64,000 nt of DNA. It comes from Dehalococcoidia bacterium. GTDB taxonomy: Bacteria; Chloroflexota; Dehalococcoidia; Bin125. A model generated the notes under the pieces. That model was not told the DNA's origin and ran no database searches. It was given only the letters and a program-made list of their open reading frames with translations. The DNA lies in contig CAXXSR010000001.1 of the NCBI GenBank assembly GCA_963662615.2, positions 1,440,001 to 1,504,000 on the forward strand, in the 5' to 3' direction. Positions 48,863-59,883 of this stretch are shown here, in pieces; within the stretch, counting starts at the first letter, position 1; each line of letters starts with the position of its first letter. A program made the position numbers and the translations under genes.

Positions 48863-49153
48863 GTGGCGCCGTTCATTAACGAGCTCGTATTTGACGACCA
48901 TTCTGACGACGCGCTGGCCAACCATGGATTGACTGTCGAGCACGTATTCCAACTCCTTGAGGAGGAGCCCAAATTCTTTCGCCAGAAAAATGGAAGGATT
49001 AGGACGGTCGGCCCTGACCGTGGTGGCCGGATGGTTACGGCAATCCTCGAATACCCAAACGATCGTGGTTCAGCATATGTTGTGACAGCATGGCCATCGG
49101 ACAAAGATGAGATTGCACGATACGGGCATCCGGGAGGTCGGGGAAATGTCTAA
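48863..49153 (+). CDS. BrnT/RelE-like type II toxin
   Basis: FDD......HGL...V, GPDRGGR.V...., YVVTAW. Confidence 0.7.
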   Translation: MAPFINELVFDDHSDDALANHGLTVEHVFQLLEEEPKFFRQKNGRIRTVGPDRGGRMVTAILEYPNDRGSAYVVTAWPSDKDEIARYGHPGGRGNV

Positions 49154-49493
49154 CGTAGAAAGCGAGAACATCGAGGAGGAAGAGGAGATCACCGTCGAGG
49201 TACGGAAGCCACTAAGCACTGTTTTTTCCGTCCGCTTCACTCCCAAAGAGCTTGCGCTGATACGCGCAGAGGCCGATCGAACCGGCATAAAGATGGGTGC
49301 CTTAATCAAGGAATCCGTTCGGCAGTACGTTGCCTCCCGTGTTGCATCTCGCCGGCTCGCCAAGCGCATGGTCGGTCTCCAACAGGGGCTCGGGTACTAC
49401 GGATTTGACCCGAAGTACGAGGACACGACTGGCTACCTCTCCGACCTCGTGTTGCGCCACGAGGTACCTTGGCACGAGGCGCTAACTGCCTAG
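49146..49493 (+). CDS. Ribbon-helix-helix antitoxin
   Basis: VFSVRFTPKEL.LI...A...G....ALIKE; overlaps the toxin stop. Confidence 0.7.
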   Translation: MSNVESENIEEEEEITVEVRKPLSTVFSVRFTPKELALIRAEADRTGIKMGALIKESVRQYVASRVASRRLAKRMVGLQQGLGYYGFDPKYEDTTGYLSDLVLRHEVPWHEALTA

Positions 49494-49679
49494 CAGGCCC
49501 GGATCAGTGCTCCTTTCTGGCACCCGGCTCAATCGCCACCCCACGAAAACGTACTCCCTTCCCGATCTCGTGTGCTTTGATATTCACACGTCGCCGCGCG
49601 TGCCTCTCAAATTCCGGCGTCGAGGAGCGCCGCCGGCCTCCGCCCGGATCTTCCCCGTCCCCGAACCGAGTCGTCGAAG

Positions 49680-50312
49680 GCCTCTTAGCGGGGCCCCCAC
49701 CCCCTACTCCCCCACCCCATACAGCTCCCCCGCCCCCCGATCATCGGCCGACAGCTCCGTATTGCAGTTGCACTTCGCCGGATTCATCGCCGCCTCCCCG
49801 TCGAGTGCTCAGGCACGTGCCCCACGTGCCGCCACCGACTGCACGTCCCACTCGAAACCGTGTTCATCCGCACATCCGCCTCCTCGATCCAGCGATCGTC
49901 CAGCCGCCAGAACGTCTCGCTCGTCGGGCTGCGCCGCCGGCCCCCACCCCACCGTGTTGACCCCGTCGTCGTTGTTGGCTACCCCGCTGGAGCACGTCCC
50001 CACGTACGCAAACGCGACCGCCGAATCGACCGCCGAATCGACCGCCGCAGCGACCGCGGAAGCGACCGCCTCCTCCCACTCTTGGAACGCCAACCGCACC
50101 AGCTCCACGAACCGCTCCTCGCTGACCACGGCCGCCCCCTCCGCTGTCCTGCCTATCTCGGACGTGTTCACGCAGTAGCGAACCGGCACGTCTTGCGCCC
50201 GCCAGCCCCGTGGGCTCACCGACCCGTCCCCGCCCAGCAGCCCGCCAAAGAAGGCGCCCAACAGCACGGTTGCCACCGCCACCGCCGCCAGAAAGGAAAA
50301 GAAGCGAATCAC
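49680..50312 (-). pseudogene. Matrixin (M10-like) metalloprotease remnant
   Basis: AF.EW, DGVNTVGWG, WDVQSVAA, then a disrupted HExGH region; downstream AAMNP...ELSADDR...LYG. Confidence 0.55.
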
Positions 50313-50369
50313 GTCTCAATCCTCGTCGACCCGCGCGCCGCCTTGACGGACGCGGCCCGCCCGCGACGC

Positions 50370-51425
50370 CTACTGCCCCAGCGTCTCGTTCACCGCCGCC
50401 CGCAACTCCTCCTGCGTGATCGTCCCCTCGAACCGCGCCGCGATCCGCCCCTCCGCGTCCACCACGAACACCCACGGCTCACTGGGAAGATGCCAGTCGC
50501 GGAACACCTGCGACTCGCGCAGCGCCTCGGGCTCCTGCGGATTCTCGAACACCTCCACGTGGATCCCATCCAACCGTCCCGCGAACTCGCGCCACACCAC
50601 CTTCACGACCTCCAGCGTGGGCCCGCAGGTCCGCGAGTGACAGTACGCCGGCGTGGCGAACGCCACAATGAACGGCCGCGCCCGCTCCAGCGCCTCCCCG
50701 ATGCCGACCTGGTACAGCCCCGGCTCCGGATTCCGGTCCGACGTCAGCTCGCGCACCTCCTCCACGTCCAGCAACGTGCGAGATCGCGTCGGCGGCGCGG
50801 CCTCCCCCACCCCCGGTGCCTGCGGCTGTTCGCGCACCTGCAGGCGGAAGAGGACGATGGCCGCCACTTCCTCCCCCTCCTCCCCCGCGATTGCCAGCTC
50901 CAGCCCCCACAACCCCGCACGCTCGAAGAACGCCGGCACCACGTAGACCCCGGCCCCAACGTTGCGCGCGTTGTCCGACAGGCTCGCCCCCTCCGCATGG
51001 CTGTGCGCCGACGGCAGCGGCGCCTCCTCACCGTACGCAATGAACCGTGCGAACTGCCGCCTGACGGGCCGCTCGCGGTCGCGTTCCAGGTCATACAGGC
51101 TCGCCTGCACCGACAGGTCGCCCCGAATGACCCCCCTCGCGTCCTGCACCGTAAAGCTGAGCCGATTCGCCCCCACCGCCACATCCTGGTTCGCCAGCGT
51201 CGGCCGATAGGGAGCGTTCGCATCGACCGCCGCCACCGCCCAGCGATCTGCCGGCGTCACCGCGCCCGGCGCCACCCCGCTGGACGGGCTATCGTCGTTG
51301 AGCAGCAAAAAAGCGCCGAGCGTGGCGCCAACCGTCACCGCCACGGCCACGATCCCCGCCACCGCGACCGATCGCGAAACCTGCCGCCGGATCGAAAACC
51401 CCCCGTAGCGCATATTGGACGCCAC
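50370..51425 (-). CDS. Membrane-anchored protein with C-terminal thioredoxin-like domain
   Basis: FATPAYCHSRTCGP, IHVEVF, W.LPSEPWVFVVDAEG. Confidence 0.75.
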   Translation of the reverse strand: MASNMRYGGFSIRRQVSRSVAVAGIVAVAVTVGATLGAFLLLNDDSPSSGVAPGAVTPADRWAVAAVDANAPYRPTLANQDVAVGANRLSFTVQDARGVIRGDLSVQASLYDLERDRERPVRRQFARFIAYGEEAPLPSAHSHAEGASLSDNARNVGAGVYVVPAFFERAGLWGLELAIAGEEGEEVAAIVLFRLQVREQPQAPGVGEAAPPTRSRTLLDVEEVRELTSDRNPEPGLYQVGIGEALERARPFIVAFATPAYCHSRTCGPTLEVVKVVWREFAGRLDGIHVEVFENPQEPEALRESQVFRDWHLPSEPWVFVVDAEGRIAARFEGTITQEELRAAVNETLGQ

Positions 51426-51620
51426 CCCGGCTCACGCCGGTTCCGAGGATCGGCATCGCGAGCGTACCGGCCCCGCAGTGTTTGCGGCACCACAGCGTTT
51501 GCGGCACCACAGCGTTCGCGGCATCGCTGCATCTCCCCATCGGCCCGGAACATTCGTTGCCCCGCACCGTCTAGCTAGACTGACAGCCACAGCCCGGCCT
51601 CGCACCCTTGGGAGCGCTTC

Positions 51621-53259
51621 ATGCTGAGCCCCCACTGCCCGGGGAGAACCGCGGTTCTCTCGCTCGCGGTCCTCGTCGCAGCCGCCTGCGGCGGGTCGTC
51701 GGATCCGGACACGTCAAGCGATGCTCCATCTCCCAGCCCTCCCGCGGCTGGCTCCGCGGCGGAAGCGGTACGCACCCTCGACGTGCTGGAAGAAACCCCT
51801 GCCGCGCCCAGTGACGAGCCGATCGCTCGTCGCCCCGGTTCAGGCGTCGGAGCCCGTGCCGGCACGAGCTCCGCCTCTGACCCAGCCGCCTCCAAGGCCG
51901 GAACCGGCCCCGACGCCCGACGCTGAGAGGCCCGATTCACCAATCGTCGCGAGTCCAGATACCGCTGATCCGGAAACCCTCGTCGCGCCGGGCTACGTGT
52001 TGGACGAAGTCATCGTTCTAGCACTCGATGCCGTCGATCCGCCCGAGATCCTGGTAATCAGCCATACTGCGCGGGCGGTCCTGGAAAGCGGCGATCCGTC
52101 GGCGGCTCCCGTGCCCAAGCGTGAAGACTGCACCCGAGATCCCCAATTGGAGTTCCATCCGTCGGCGTGCCACTACCGCGCCGAAATCTTCGCCTGGGAT
52201 TCGCGCGGGGCGGGAGGCAGCGCCTGGCTCTGGGACACCTTCCAGGGCGGTGTCCAATCTGGCATCAATGCGCTCACCTTCCGCTTCGATAGCGCCGGCC
52301 GCGAGGCGGCGATCATCACTGCCCACACGTGCACGGGGGTCGGGTCCGGTTGTGGCGACAGCCGTGCAGTTCTGACGATGATCGACGGCGTCGTGAAGAG
52401 CGTTTACGGATCGTGGAAGGGCAGCTTACAAGTCGGACCGACAACTGCCAGAATTTCTGTTCCACGGTGGTTCGGACCCGACCCCTTCTGCTGCAACAGT
52501 GGATTCAACATCGACATACTCGGATTGGATCCCACGACGGGTGTGCTGGGGGTGATCGCGTCCGATCTGAGCGTCTGCACGCAAGGCAGAGTTCATTTCC
52601 CTGAATTTCCGCCAGACGTGATCTCGGTAGGCTGCACCCAGTACCGCACGACGACGGATACGGAGGTCGTGCCTGCAACCGTTGGGGGCCTCGGCCGACT
52701 TGAAGACGGCGAATTCGTCAGGGTGGAGTTTACGATCGAAGAATGCCCGGACCTGGATCCGCTGTGCATGTGGCCGACTGCCGTCGTCGCAACGAGGATT
52801 ACGGTGGGAGCGCCGACCTTCCGCGCCCTCTCGGACGTCGAGATCGACCTCCACGTCCGTCCCTTCTTGCGGGACGGGGACCAGATCGCCCACGCCGTCT
52901 TCGAGGGCCCCTTCGGGCTACTGCCCGACACCGTCCTCGCCATTCTCGACCGCGGTGTCGATGGCTACGCGGCGGTGGTGGTCAGCGACGGTCGCGCGGT
53001 GCGTCTCGATCGCCTAAGGCCCGCCTGGGCGGCCTGGGACATTCCCGCCATCCTCTTCGAGGACGTCGATGGCGACGGCACTCTCGAAGCGATCATCCTG
53101 GCCCAATACATCACGGGCGCGGGCCCCACGGGCGCCGTTCCCTTCTTCGCCAACTCCGTACTGGAGTGGACGGGCGCAGCGTTGGTCACCCTTCCGGACG
53201 TGGAGGAGCGGATCCTGCAGGCGGAAACGTCGGCGCAAGCGCGGGCCCTCCTGCCCTAG
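51621..53259 (+). pseudogene. Cys-rich lipoprotein, frameshifted between the lipobox and the main ORF
   Basis: VAAACGG lipobox in ORF 51621..51926; body in ORF 51721..53259 with DPFCC and DVDGDG motifs. Confidence 0.55.
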
Positions 53260-53391
53260 CTGCGGTGGCGCCTCATGGCTCCGCGGGAGGAGACGCTACA
53301 CCTTCCTGCCGTGTGCCTCGACAGTCCCGCGGCATCGCTGCGGGCGGCGCCCGCCCATTCAGTCGTCGCAGAGGAGCAGCCGGCGACGCCC

Positions 53392-54672
53392 CTACACGAA
53401 GCCGCGAATCTCAATCGCCTCCGCCACCCGCTCACCGCCAATCATGAACGCCGCCGTCCGCAGCGAGGCGTCCTCCACCTCGGCGCGCTGCCGGACGCCC
53501 TGGAAGGCGTCGCAGAGCATGGTTTCCAGTTCCCGGTTCACGTGCTCTTCGCTCCAGCGATACTGCTGAATGTTCTGCGCCCACTCGAAGTACGACACCA
53601 GCACCCCGCCGGCGTTGGCGATGATGTCCGGCACAATCGTCACCCCGCCCTCCCGCAAATGGTGGTCCGCATAGGGCGTCACGGGACCGTTCGCCCCCTC
53701 CACGATCACGCGCGCCTGGACCCGCGCCCAGTTGTCGGCGTGGATCACCCCGCCCACCGCGGCCGGCACCAGGACGTCACACTCGCTGGTGAACACCTCG
53801 TCTCGCTCCCGCTCCCAGGTCCCCGCCATCCCCACGACGCTGCCCGTCGCCGCGACGTGCTCCTGCAGCAACCCCGGGTCGATCCCGTCTGGACGCACCA
53901 CGCAGCCGCCCACGTCGGCCACCGCCACGATCTTGCAGCCCATCTCATGGAGGAATTGCGCCGCAAAGCGGCCCACGTTGCCGTAGCCGTGGATCGCCAC
54001 ACGCGTCTGCTCGGCGCTCATCCCCAGCGAGGCCAGCGTATCCCTCGTCACCAGGGCCACCCCGCGGCCGGTGGCCTCCCGACGCCCCGCCGAGCCGCCC
54101 AGCGAGATCGGCTTCCCCGTCACAATGCCGGGCGTGTAGCCGTGGGCCGAGCCGTAGGCGTCCATCATCCAGGCCATGGTCTGCTTGTCGGTCCCCATGT
54201 CGGGAGCCGCAATGTCTCGCTGCACCCCCAGCAGGTGCGAGATGTTCACCATGTAGGTCCGGGTCAGGCGCCGATTCTCTTCCTTCGACAGCGCCGTGGG
54301 GTCACATTGGACCCCGCCCTTCGCCCCTCCGAACGGGATGTTGACAATGGCCGTCTTCCAGGTCATCAGCGCCGCCAGCGCACGCACCTCATCCAGGTCC
54401 ACCTCGGGGTGAAAGCGGACCCCGCCCTTGTAAGGACCCCGCGCCGCGCTGTGCTGCACCCGGAAGCCGCTGAACACCGCCAGCCGCCCGTCGTCCATCC
54501 GCACCGGCACTTCCACATGAAGCTCCCGGTACGGCCGGCGCAGCAACTCCACGATCTCCGGATCGATGCCGACTCGTTCGGCCGCCGTCTCAAAGAAAAA
54601 GTTGGCCGCCTCCCAATGCGACATCTGCCGCGGCGGCTCCGCCCGCTCGCTTCGGCCCGACTCTGCGCTCAT
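53392..54672 (-). CDS. gdhA: Glu/Leu/Phe/Val dehydrogenase (glutamate dehydrogenase)
   Basis: RGPYKGGVRFHP, MTWK, GGAKGG, APDMGT, VTGKP, GANGP, NAGGV.VSYFEW. Confidence 0.92.
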   Translation of the reverse strand: MSAESGRSERAEPPRQMSHWEAANFFFETAAERVGIDPEIVELLRRPYRELHVEVPVRMDDGRLAVFSGFRVQHSAARGPYKGGVRFHPEVDLDEVRALAALMTWKTAIVNIPFGGAKGGVQCDPTALSKEENRRLTRTYMVNISHLLGVQRDIAAPDMGTDKQTMAWMMDAYGSAHGYTPGIVTGKPISLGGSAGRREATGRGVALVTRDTLASLGMSAEQTRVAIHGYGNVGRFAAQFLHEMGCKIVAVADVGGCVVRPDGIDPGLLQEHVAATGSVVGMAGTWERERDEVFTSECDVLVPAAVGGVIHADNWARVQARVIVEGANGPVTPYADHHLREGGVTIVPDIIANAGGVLVSYFEWAQNIQQYRWSEEHVNRELETMLCDAFQGVRQRAEVEDASLRTAAFMIGGERVAEAIEIRGFV

Positions 54673-54802
54673 CCCTTCCGGCTCCGGCGGGATTCGCTGT
54701 GCTCCGGCCTCTGCCACCACGCTCCACCTCCCGGATCGCAAGCACCGCCGTCCCTCGACAGCCGCAGCCCCATCATCGCCGCCCCCACGTGCATCGCATA
54801 TC

Positions 54803-55122
54803 GGGGTTCCTCCTCATGGCGCCACGACCCCCCGTCGCGGCATCCCCAGCCCCGCGGCACGTCCCGGCCCGTGCGCGCTGCACAAAAAGGGAATCCTCCT
54901 CATGGCGCCACGACCCCCCGTCGCGGCATCCCCAGCCCCGCGCCACCTCCCGGCCCGTGCGCGCAGCACAAAAAGGGGTTCCCCCTCGTGGCGCCACGAC
55001 CGCGCGTCGCGGCATCCCCGGCCGCGCGCCACCTCCCGGCCCGTGCGCGCTGCATAAAAAGGGGTTCCCCCTCGTGGCGCCACGACCGCGCGTCGCGGCA
55101 TCCCCGGCCGCGCGCCACCTCC
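54803..55122 (+). repeat. 86-bp tandem array (about 3.7 copies)
   Basis: (a/g)tggcgccacgacc at 54816, 54902, 54988 and 55074. Confidence 0.92.
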
Positions 55123-55453
55123 TGGGGCCGCCTGCCGGAGGCGAAACGGATTCCCTCTCGCGGCATCCCATCGCCATCCCAGCGACGCTGGCAGCGAGGC
55201 TGACAGCGAGGTTGGCAGCGAGGCTGGCATCGATGCCGCGGCCCTCTCGCTGACGGTTATCCCCGCCACCGGCGCCGGAGGAGGGCGTCGGTCCTTGTCC
55301 GAAGGCCCCTCGATCGTATATCATTATATCGCGCCTAGTCTGGCTGCGGCGTCGAATCTGCTTGACGCACCGCCGCGAGCAGGATTCAATGCGGCGTAGA
55401 AGTCATTGTGTAAGCGCCTAGGCACGTACGCAATAGAGAGCGCAGGGGGCCAA

Positions 55454-55669
55454 ATGACGTACACCATTTCCAACTCGCGCGGCCAAACGTACTACCTCCA
55501 TGGCAAGAACGTAATCCTCAAGAACGGCCGCGAACAGCGTATCTACTTCTTCGCCAAAACCGTCAAAGACGACGCCCTGGACGCCCTCCCAGATGGCTAT
55601 ATGGTCTCTGAGAACAGTCAGACCGGACTCCCGGTGCTCAAAAAGATCAGAACGCCCGCCTCCGCCTGA
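55454..55669 (+). CDS. Small hypothetical protein (71 aa)
   Basis: NSRGQTYYLH....IYFFAK....LPDGY.V.EN..TGLPVLKK; TTGACG upstream near 55362. Confidence 0.7.
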   Translation: MTYTISNSRGQTYYLHGKNVILKNGREQRIYFFAKTVKDDALDALPDGYMVSENSQTGLPVLKKIRTPASA

Positions 55670-55737
55670 CACCTCGTTCCCGCGCGCGCTCGCCGGCTCT
55701 CCTCTCCTGAGCCCCCGTCAGTTCGCCGCCACCCCAC

Positions 55738-56577
55738 CTACGCGCCCCGGCTGTCGCGCTCCCCACCCCCTCCGGCGAGGACGAGGAGCGAGGCCGAATG
55801 GACCTCCGGGTCCCCGGCCGCGACCACCCGGCCGTCCGATTCCAGGCCCAGGGGGCGTCCGCCCCAATCCGTGATCACGCCGCCCGCCCCCTCCACCACG
55901 GGGACCAGCGCGCAGAAGTCGTGCGCGGCCAGCGACGCTTCCACCACCAAGTCCACCAAGCCTGATGCCAGCAGCCCGTAGGCATAGCAGTCCAGCCCGT
56001 AGCGATTGAACGCCACCCGCTGCCGCAACGCCTCGAAGGCCGCAGCGTCCTCATCCTCAAACATCTGCGGGGTCGTGGCGTACAGCGCCGCCTGCGACAG
56101 CGACGGACAGGCCCGCACTCGCGCCGGCTCCGCCGTGGCCCCCGATGGCAGCGCCACAGCGCTCCGAAACGTCGTGCCCGCGCCCACCACACCCGTCCAC
56201 CGCTCGCCACTCACCACCTGGTCCACCACCCCCACCACCGGCCGCCCCCGGTGGAGCAGCGCCACCAGTGTCCCGAACGTGGGCTGGCCCGAGATGAACG
56301 CTCCCGTCCCGTCAATGGGGTCCAGGACCCAGACGTACTCCGCCTCTACCCGCTCGCTCCCCCACTCCTCGCCCACCACCCCGTGCCTGGGATGCCGGAC
56401 GCGCAGCAGCTCCCGCATCGCCGCCTCGGCCTCACGGTCGACGGCGGTCACGGCGCTTCCGTCCCGCTTCCGATCGACTTCCACCCCTTGGCGGAAGGAC
56501 GGGCCGATCACCGCTCCAGCCCTGTCCGCAAGTTCGTGCGCCAGTGGACAAAACGAGCTGTAGTCCGGTGCGCTCAT
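55738..56577 (-). CDS. hisN: Histidinol-phosphatase / inositol monophosphatase family protein
   Basis: [38 protein letters not shown]. Confidence 0.8.
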   Translation of the reverse strand: MSAPDYSSFCPLAHELADRAGAVIGPSFRQGVEVDRKRDGSAVTAVDREAEAAMRELLRVRHPRHGVVGEEWGSERVEAEYVWVLDPIDGTGAFISGQPTFGTLVALLHRGRPVVGVVDQVVSGERWTGVVGAGTTFRSAVALPSGATAEPARVRACPSLSQAALYATTPQMFEDEDAAAFEALRQRVAFNRYGLDCYAYGLLASGLVDLVVEASLAAHDFCALVPVVEGAGGVITDWGGRPLGLESDGRVVAAGDPEVHSASLLVLAGGGGERDSRGA

Positions 56578-56813
56578 CGCTCCGCATTCTCCTTCGCCGC
56601 CTCTCGCGGAGCCACCGGCGGCGACGAGCCGCGCCCCGCCACTCCATAACAGCTAGTCGCCTCCATAACAGCCATTCAGACTGTCAATTGTCGCCAAGGA
56701 AACCAGCCCGTATATTGACTACTCGCTTCTCCCGCCGGCTTCCACTTGGGCACGGCAGCGGCAGCGCCACTACGGCCCTGCGGGAGCCACGACGGAAAGA
56801 GGTCCGGCCGACC

Positions 56814-57902
56814 ATGGGCAAGATCAACGTGGCGATCATTGGGGTGGGCAACTGCGCCTCCTCCCTCGTCCAGGGCGTCCAGCTCTACCGGGACGCTCAA
56901 GAGGGCGTGGAGATCCCCGGCATCATGCACGTCACCCTGGGCGACTACCACATCTCCGACATCAACTTTGTCGCCGCCTTCGACATCGACGTGAACAAGG
57001 TCGGCAAGGACGTCTCGGAAGCCATCTTGGTCGCCCCCAACAACACCTTCAAGTTCACCGACGTCCCTCACCTCGGCGTCCCCGTCGAGCGCGGTATGAC
57101 CCATGACGGCTTGGGCAAATACCTCAGCGAAATCATCACCAGGGCCCCGGGGCCCACCGCCGACATCGTCGGCATCCTCAAGGAGCGCGACGTCGACGTC
57201 GTCATCAACTACCTGCCCGTCGGCAGTGAAGAGGCCACCAAGTGGTACGTGGAGCAGGTCTTGGAGGCCGGCTGCGCCCTCATCAACTGCATCCCCGTCT
57301 TCATCGCCCGCGAGGAGTATTGGGGCAACCGCTTTCGGCGCGCCAATCTGCCCATCGTCGGCGACGACATCAAGAGCCAGGTCGGCGCCACCATCGTCCA
57401 TCGCGTCCTCAGCCGCCTCTTCCGCGACCGCGGCGTCCGCATCGACCGCACCTACCAACTCAACTTCGGTGGCAACACCGACTTCCTCAACATGCTCGAA
57501 CGCGAGCGCCTGGTCTCCAAGAAGATCTCCAAGACCAACTCCGTCGCCTCCCAGATCGACTACGAGATGCCCCGCGACGCCATTCACATCGGCCCCAGCG
57601 ACCACGTCCCCTGGCTGGATGATCGCAAGTGGTGTTACATCCGCATTGAAGGCACCACCTTCGGCAATGTCCCCCTCAACCTGGAGCTCAAGCTGGAGGT
57701 CTGGGACAGCCCCAATTCCGCCGGTGTCGTCGTGGACGCCGTCCGCTGCGCCAAGATCGGCTTGGACCGCGGCATCTCCGGGCCCCTCCTCGCCCCCTGC
57801 GCCTACTTCATGAAATCGCCGCCGGAGCAGTGGACCGACGACAAGGCCCGTGACGCCGTCGTCGCCTTCGCCGAGGGCGACACGCCCCCCCGCTCCACAT
57901 GA
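56814..57902 (+). CDS. ino1: Myo-inositol-1-phosphate synthase
   Basis: [49 protein letters not shown]. Confidence 0.95.
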   Translation: MGKINVAIIGVGNCASSLVQGVQLYRDAQEGVEIPGIMHVTLGDYHISDINFVAAFDIDVNKVGKDVSEAILVAPNNTFKFTDVPHLGVPVERGMTHDGLGKYLSEIITRAPGPTADIVGILKERDVDVVINYLPVGSEEATKWYVEQVLEAGCALINCIPVFIAREEYWGNRFRRANLPIVGDDIKSQVGATIVHRVLSRLFRDRGVRIDRTYQLNFGGNTDFLNMLERERLVSKKISKTNSVASQIDYEMPRDAIHIGPSDHVPWLDDRKWCYIRIEGTTFGNVPLNLELKLEVWDSPNSAGVVVDAVRCAKIGLDRGISGPLLAPCAYFMKSPPEQWTDDKARDAVVAFAEGDTPPRST

Positions 57903-57914
57903 CCCCGCCTGCCC

Positions 57915-58104
57915 TGACCTGTCCTTCCCTCCGAAGAGTAGGAAGGAGCATGCCGAAGGAGCAATGGGAAGGGCCACCACCCCACTCATCAACCGCCGGC
58001 GCGAGCCGCCACCAGCGCCGCGCGAGCCCGCATGACCCGCGAGCGCGCGTCAAAAAAACCGTTCGTCCTGAGCCTGTCGAAGGGCGAACCGCCAAAGGCG
58101 AACG
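57915..58104 (+). repeat. Composite repeat ending in cgttcgtcctgagcctgtcgaagggcgaac
   Basis: Near-identical to the modules at 5745-5840 and 6031-6260. Confidence 0.85.
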
Positions 58105-58290
58105 ATGAGTTTCTTCGTTTCCAGGATCCGCTGTGCAGACGGGTCGTATTACACCGGCCACTCCGACGACTTTGAGGTCCGCATCGCAGCACACCATGGC
58201 GGCGACATCCCCTACCGCGGATTCCGCGTTATTGGATCCGACCCTCACCGGTTCGACGCCGATGGGGACGGCGTCGGTTGCGAGTCGTGA
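58105..58290 (+). pseudogene. Chimeric mini-ORF: GIY-YIG nuclease N-terminus fused to an Excalibur-like C-terminus
   Basis: RCADGSYYTGHSDDFEVRIAAH followed by DPHRFDADGDGVGCE. Confidence 0.65.
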
Positions 58291-59285
58291 ACCGCAACGC
58301 ACTCCTCTACCCCGCCTCGCGGCTCCTCGGCCCGCCCGCTCGCTCCCTCCCCTACCCCGCTGCCTACGCCGCCAGCAACGTCTTCATGGACGCCGTCTAC
58401 CTCGGCTGGCCCGCGGGCCGCACCGCCGTCCAGGCCAATCTCCGCCCCGTCCTCGCGACCCACGACTCCCAGCTCCTCCACTACTGGGCCCAGCGCCAGT
58501 TCCGACGCTACGGCGAGTACGTCGTCGACGCCTTGCGACTGGACCGGCTCTCGCCCCAGGACTGCTTCGATGCCCTGGAAACGGAGCCCGACGTCTGGCC
58601 CCGGTTGCGCGCGCTCTACGGGCGCCGGCCGGTCCTCTTCGCCCTTCTGCACTTTGGCAATTGGGACGTGGGCGGCGGCGCCTTCACCGCCGGCTGCGGC
58701 CGCTCCTCCGTCCTGATCGAGCCGCTGGGACACCCGCGCCTGGACGACGCCATTCAGCGCGGCCGCGACCGCCTGGGCATGACCCCGCTCGACGTCACCG
58801 CGGGGCTGCGGCCCGCTCTCCGCGCCCTCCACGCCGGCGCCACCATTGCCGTCCTGGTCGATCGCCCCCTGCGACCGCACGAGCCGGGCGTTGACCTCAC
58901 CTTTTGCGGCCGGCCCTGCCGCCTGCCCACCGGCTTCGCCCGCCTCGCCCTCGCCACCGACGCCTGCGTCATCCCCCTCGCCGTCCACCGCCGCTCCAGC
59001 CGCCGCTTTCGCTTTCGCGCCCTCCTCGACCTCGACTTCACCTCCCCGCGCAGCGGCCGCCGTGACGACGATGTGCGCGCCCTGATGCAAGGCGTGTTGG
59101 ACGTCCACGAGCGCTGGGTGCGCCGCCACCCCGACCAGTGGTACCAGTTCCGCCCATTCTTCACGGGCGCCCGGCGTGGCGCTGATCGTGCGACGGAGCT
59201 ATCCGCTCCCGCTCACACCTCGACTGTCTCGAACCTCGGCCCGGCCGGCACCGGCTCGCCGCTGGCTTCAAGGTCATCGAGGTAG
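58287..59285 (+). CDS. Lysophospholipid/lipid A lauroyl-type (PatA-like) acyltransferase
   Basis: HFGNWD, LVDR, FCG....PTG.ARLA, PDQW; C-terminal tail overlaps the convergent hicB. Confidence 0.85.
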   Translation: MNRNALLYPASRLLGPPARSLPYPAAYAASNVFMDAVYLGWPAGRTAVQANLRPVLATHDSQLLHYWAQRQFRRYGEYVVDALRLDRLSPQDCFDALETEPDVWPRLRALYGRRPVLFALLHFGNWDVGGGAFTAGCGRSSVLIEPLGHPRLDDAIQRGRDRLGMTPLDVTAGLRPALRALHAGATIAVLVDRPLRPHEPGVDLTFCGRPCRLPTGFARLALATDACVIPLAVHRRSSRRFRFRALLDLDFTSPRSGRRDDDVRALMQGVLDVHERWVRRHPDQWYQFRPFFTGARRGADRATELSAPAHTSTVSNLGPAGTGSPLASRSSR

Positions 59286-59425
59286 AGCCGGATCGCGTCC
59301 CCTGCATTGGCGAGCGCCTCCGTGAAATCGTCGCCCTCGGTGACACAGCCGGGCAACGCGGGGACGGAGACGGTGTAGCCGCCCTCATCCGCGTCAGCGT
59401 GGAGCAATACGGTGAAGCGCTTCAC
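59213..59425 (-). CDS. HicB-like antitoxin
   Basis: EGGYTVSVPALPGCVTEGD..EAL.N..DAI.LYL. Confidence 0.85.
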   Translation of the reverse strand: MKRFTVLLHADADEGGYTVSVPALPGCVTEGDDFTEALANAGDAIRLYLDDLEASGEPVPAGPRFETVEV

Positions 59426-59666
59426 AGCCGTCGTCGAAACTCCTCCGCGGAGAGATCCGCCCGCTCGTCATACTCAAGCTCGGCCGTGCGCAGATCCGGT
59501 TCCCAATCCTCCTAATCGGCTTCAGCAGCCAGCAAATTGCCATGGCTGCGCGCACCGACAACGGCGAAACGGCGGCGACGGTGACGTATACCAAAGGAGC
59601 CAGAAAGGCAGTTTTCACTCTCGTGAGCATGGCGCCCCCACCCGTCTAGACCCCCAGGCGCCGACA

Positions 59667-59883
59667 TCAGAGATCCAGAAATTCGTCCACGCGAAGGCCT
59701 GCCTGTCTCACAATGGCTCGGACCGTGCCCTCCGGCAGTGCGCCGGGGTGGTTCGGAACCGTCGTCCGAACGCCCGTGTCCGGGTTCCGCCAGATCTCGT
59801 GGCTGCCCTTCGCTTGACGATCGAACACGAAGCCCGCCCGCCGCAGCTTTCAGATCACTTCCGCGGCTGTGAGGCCGGCCCAC
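59667..59883 (-). pseudogene. hicA: HicA toxin pseudogene
   Basis: AGLTAAEVI*KLRRAGFVFDRQAKGSHEIW...VPNHPG..GTVRAI; internal TGA and out-of-frame GTG start. Confidence 0.8.
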
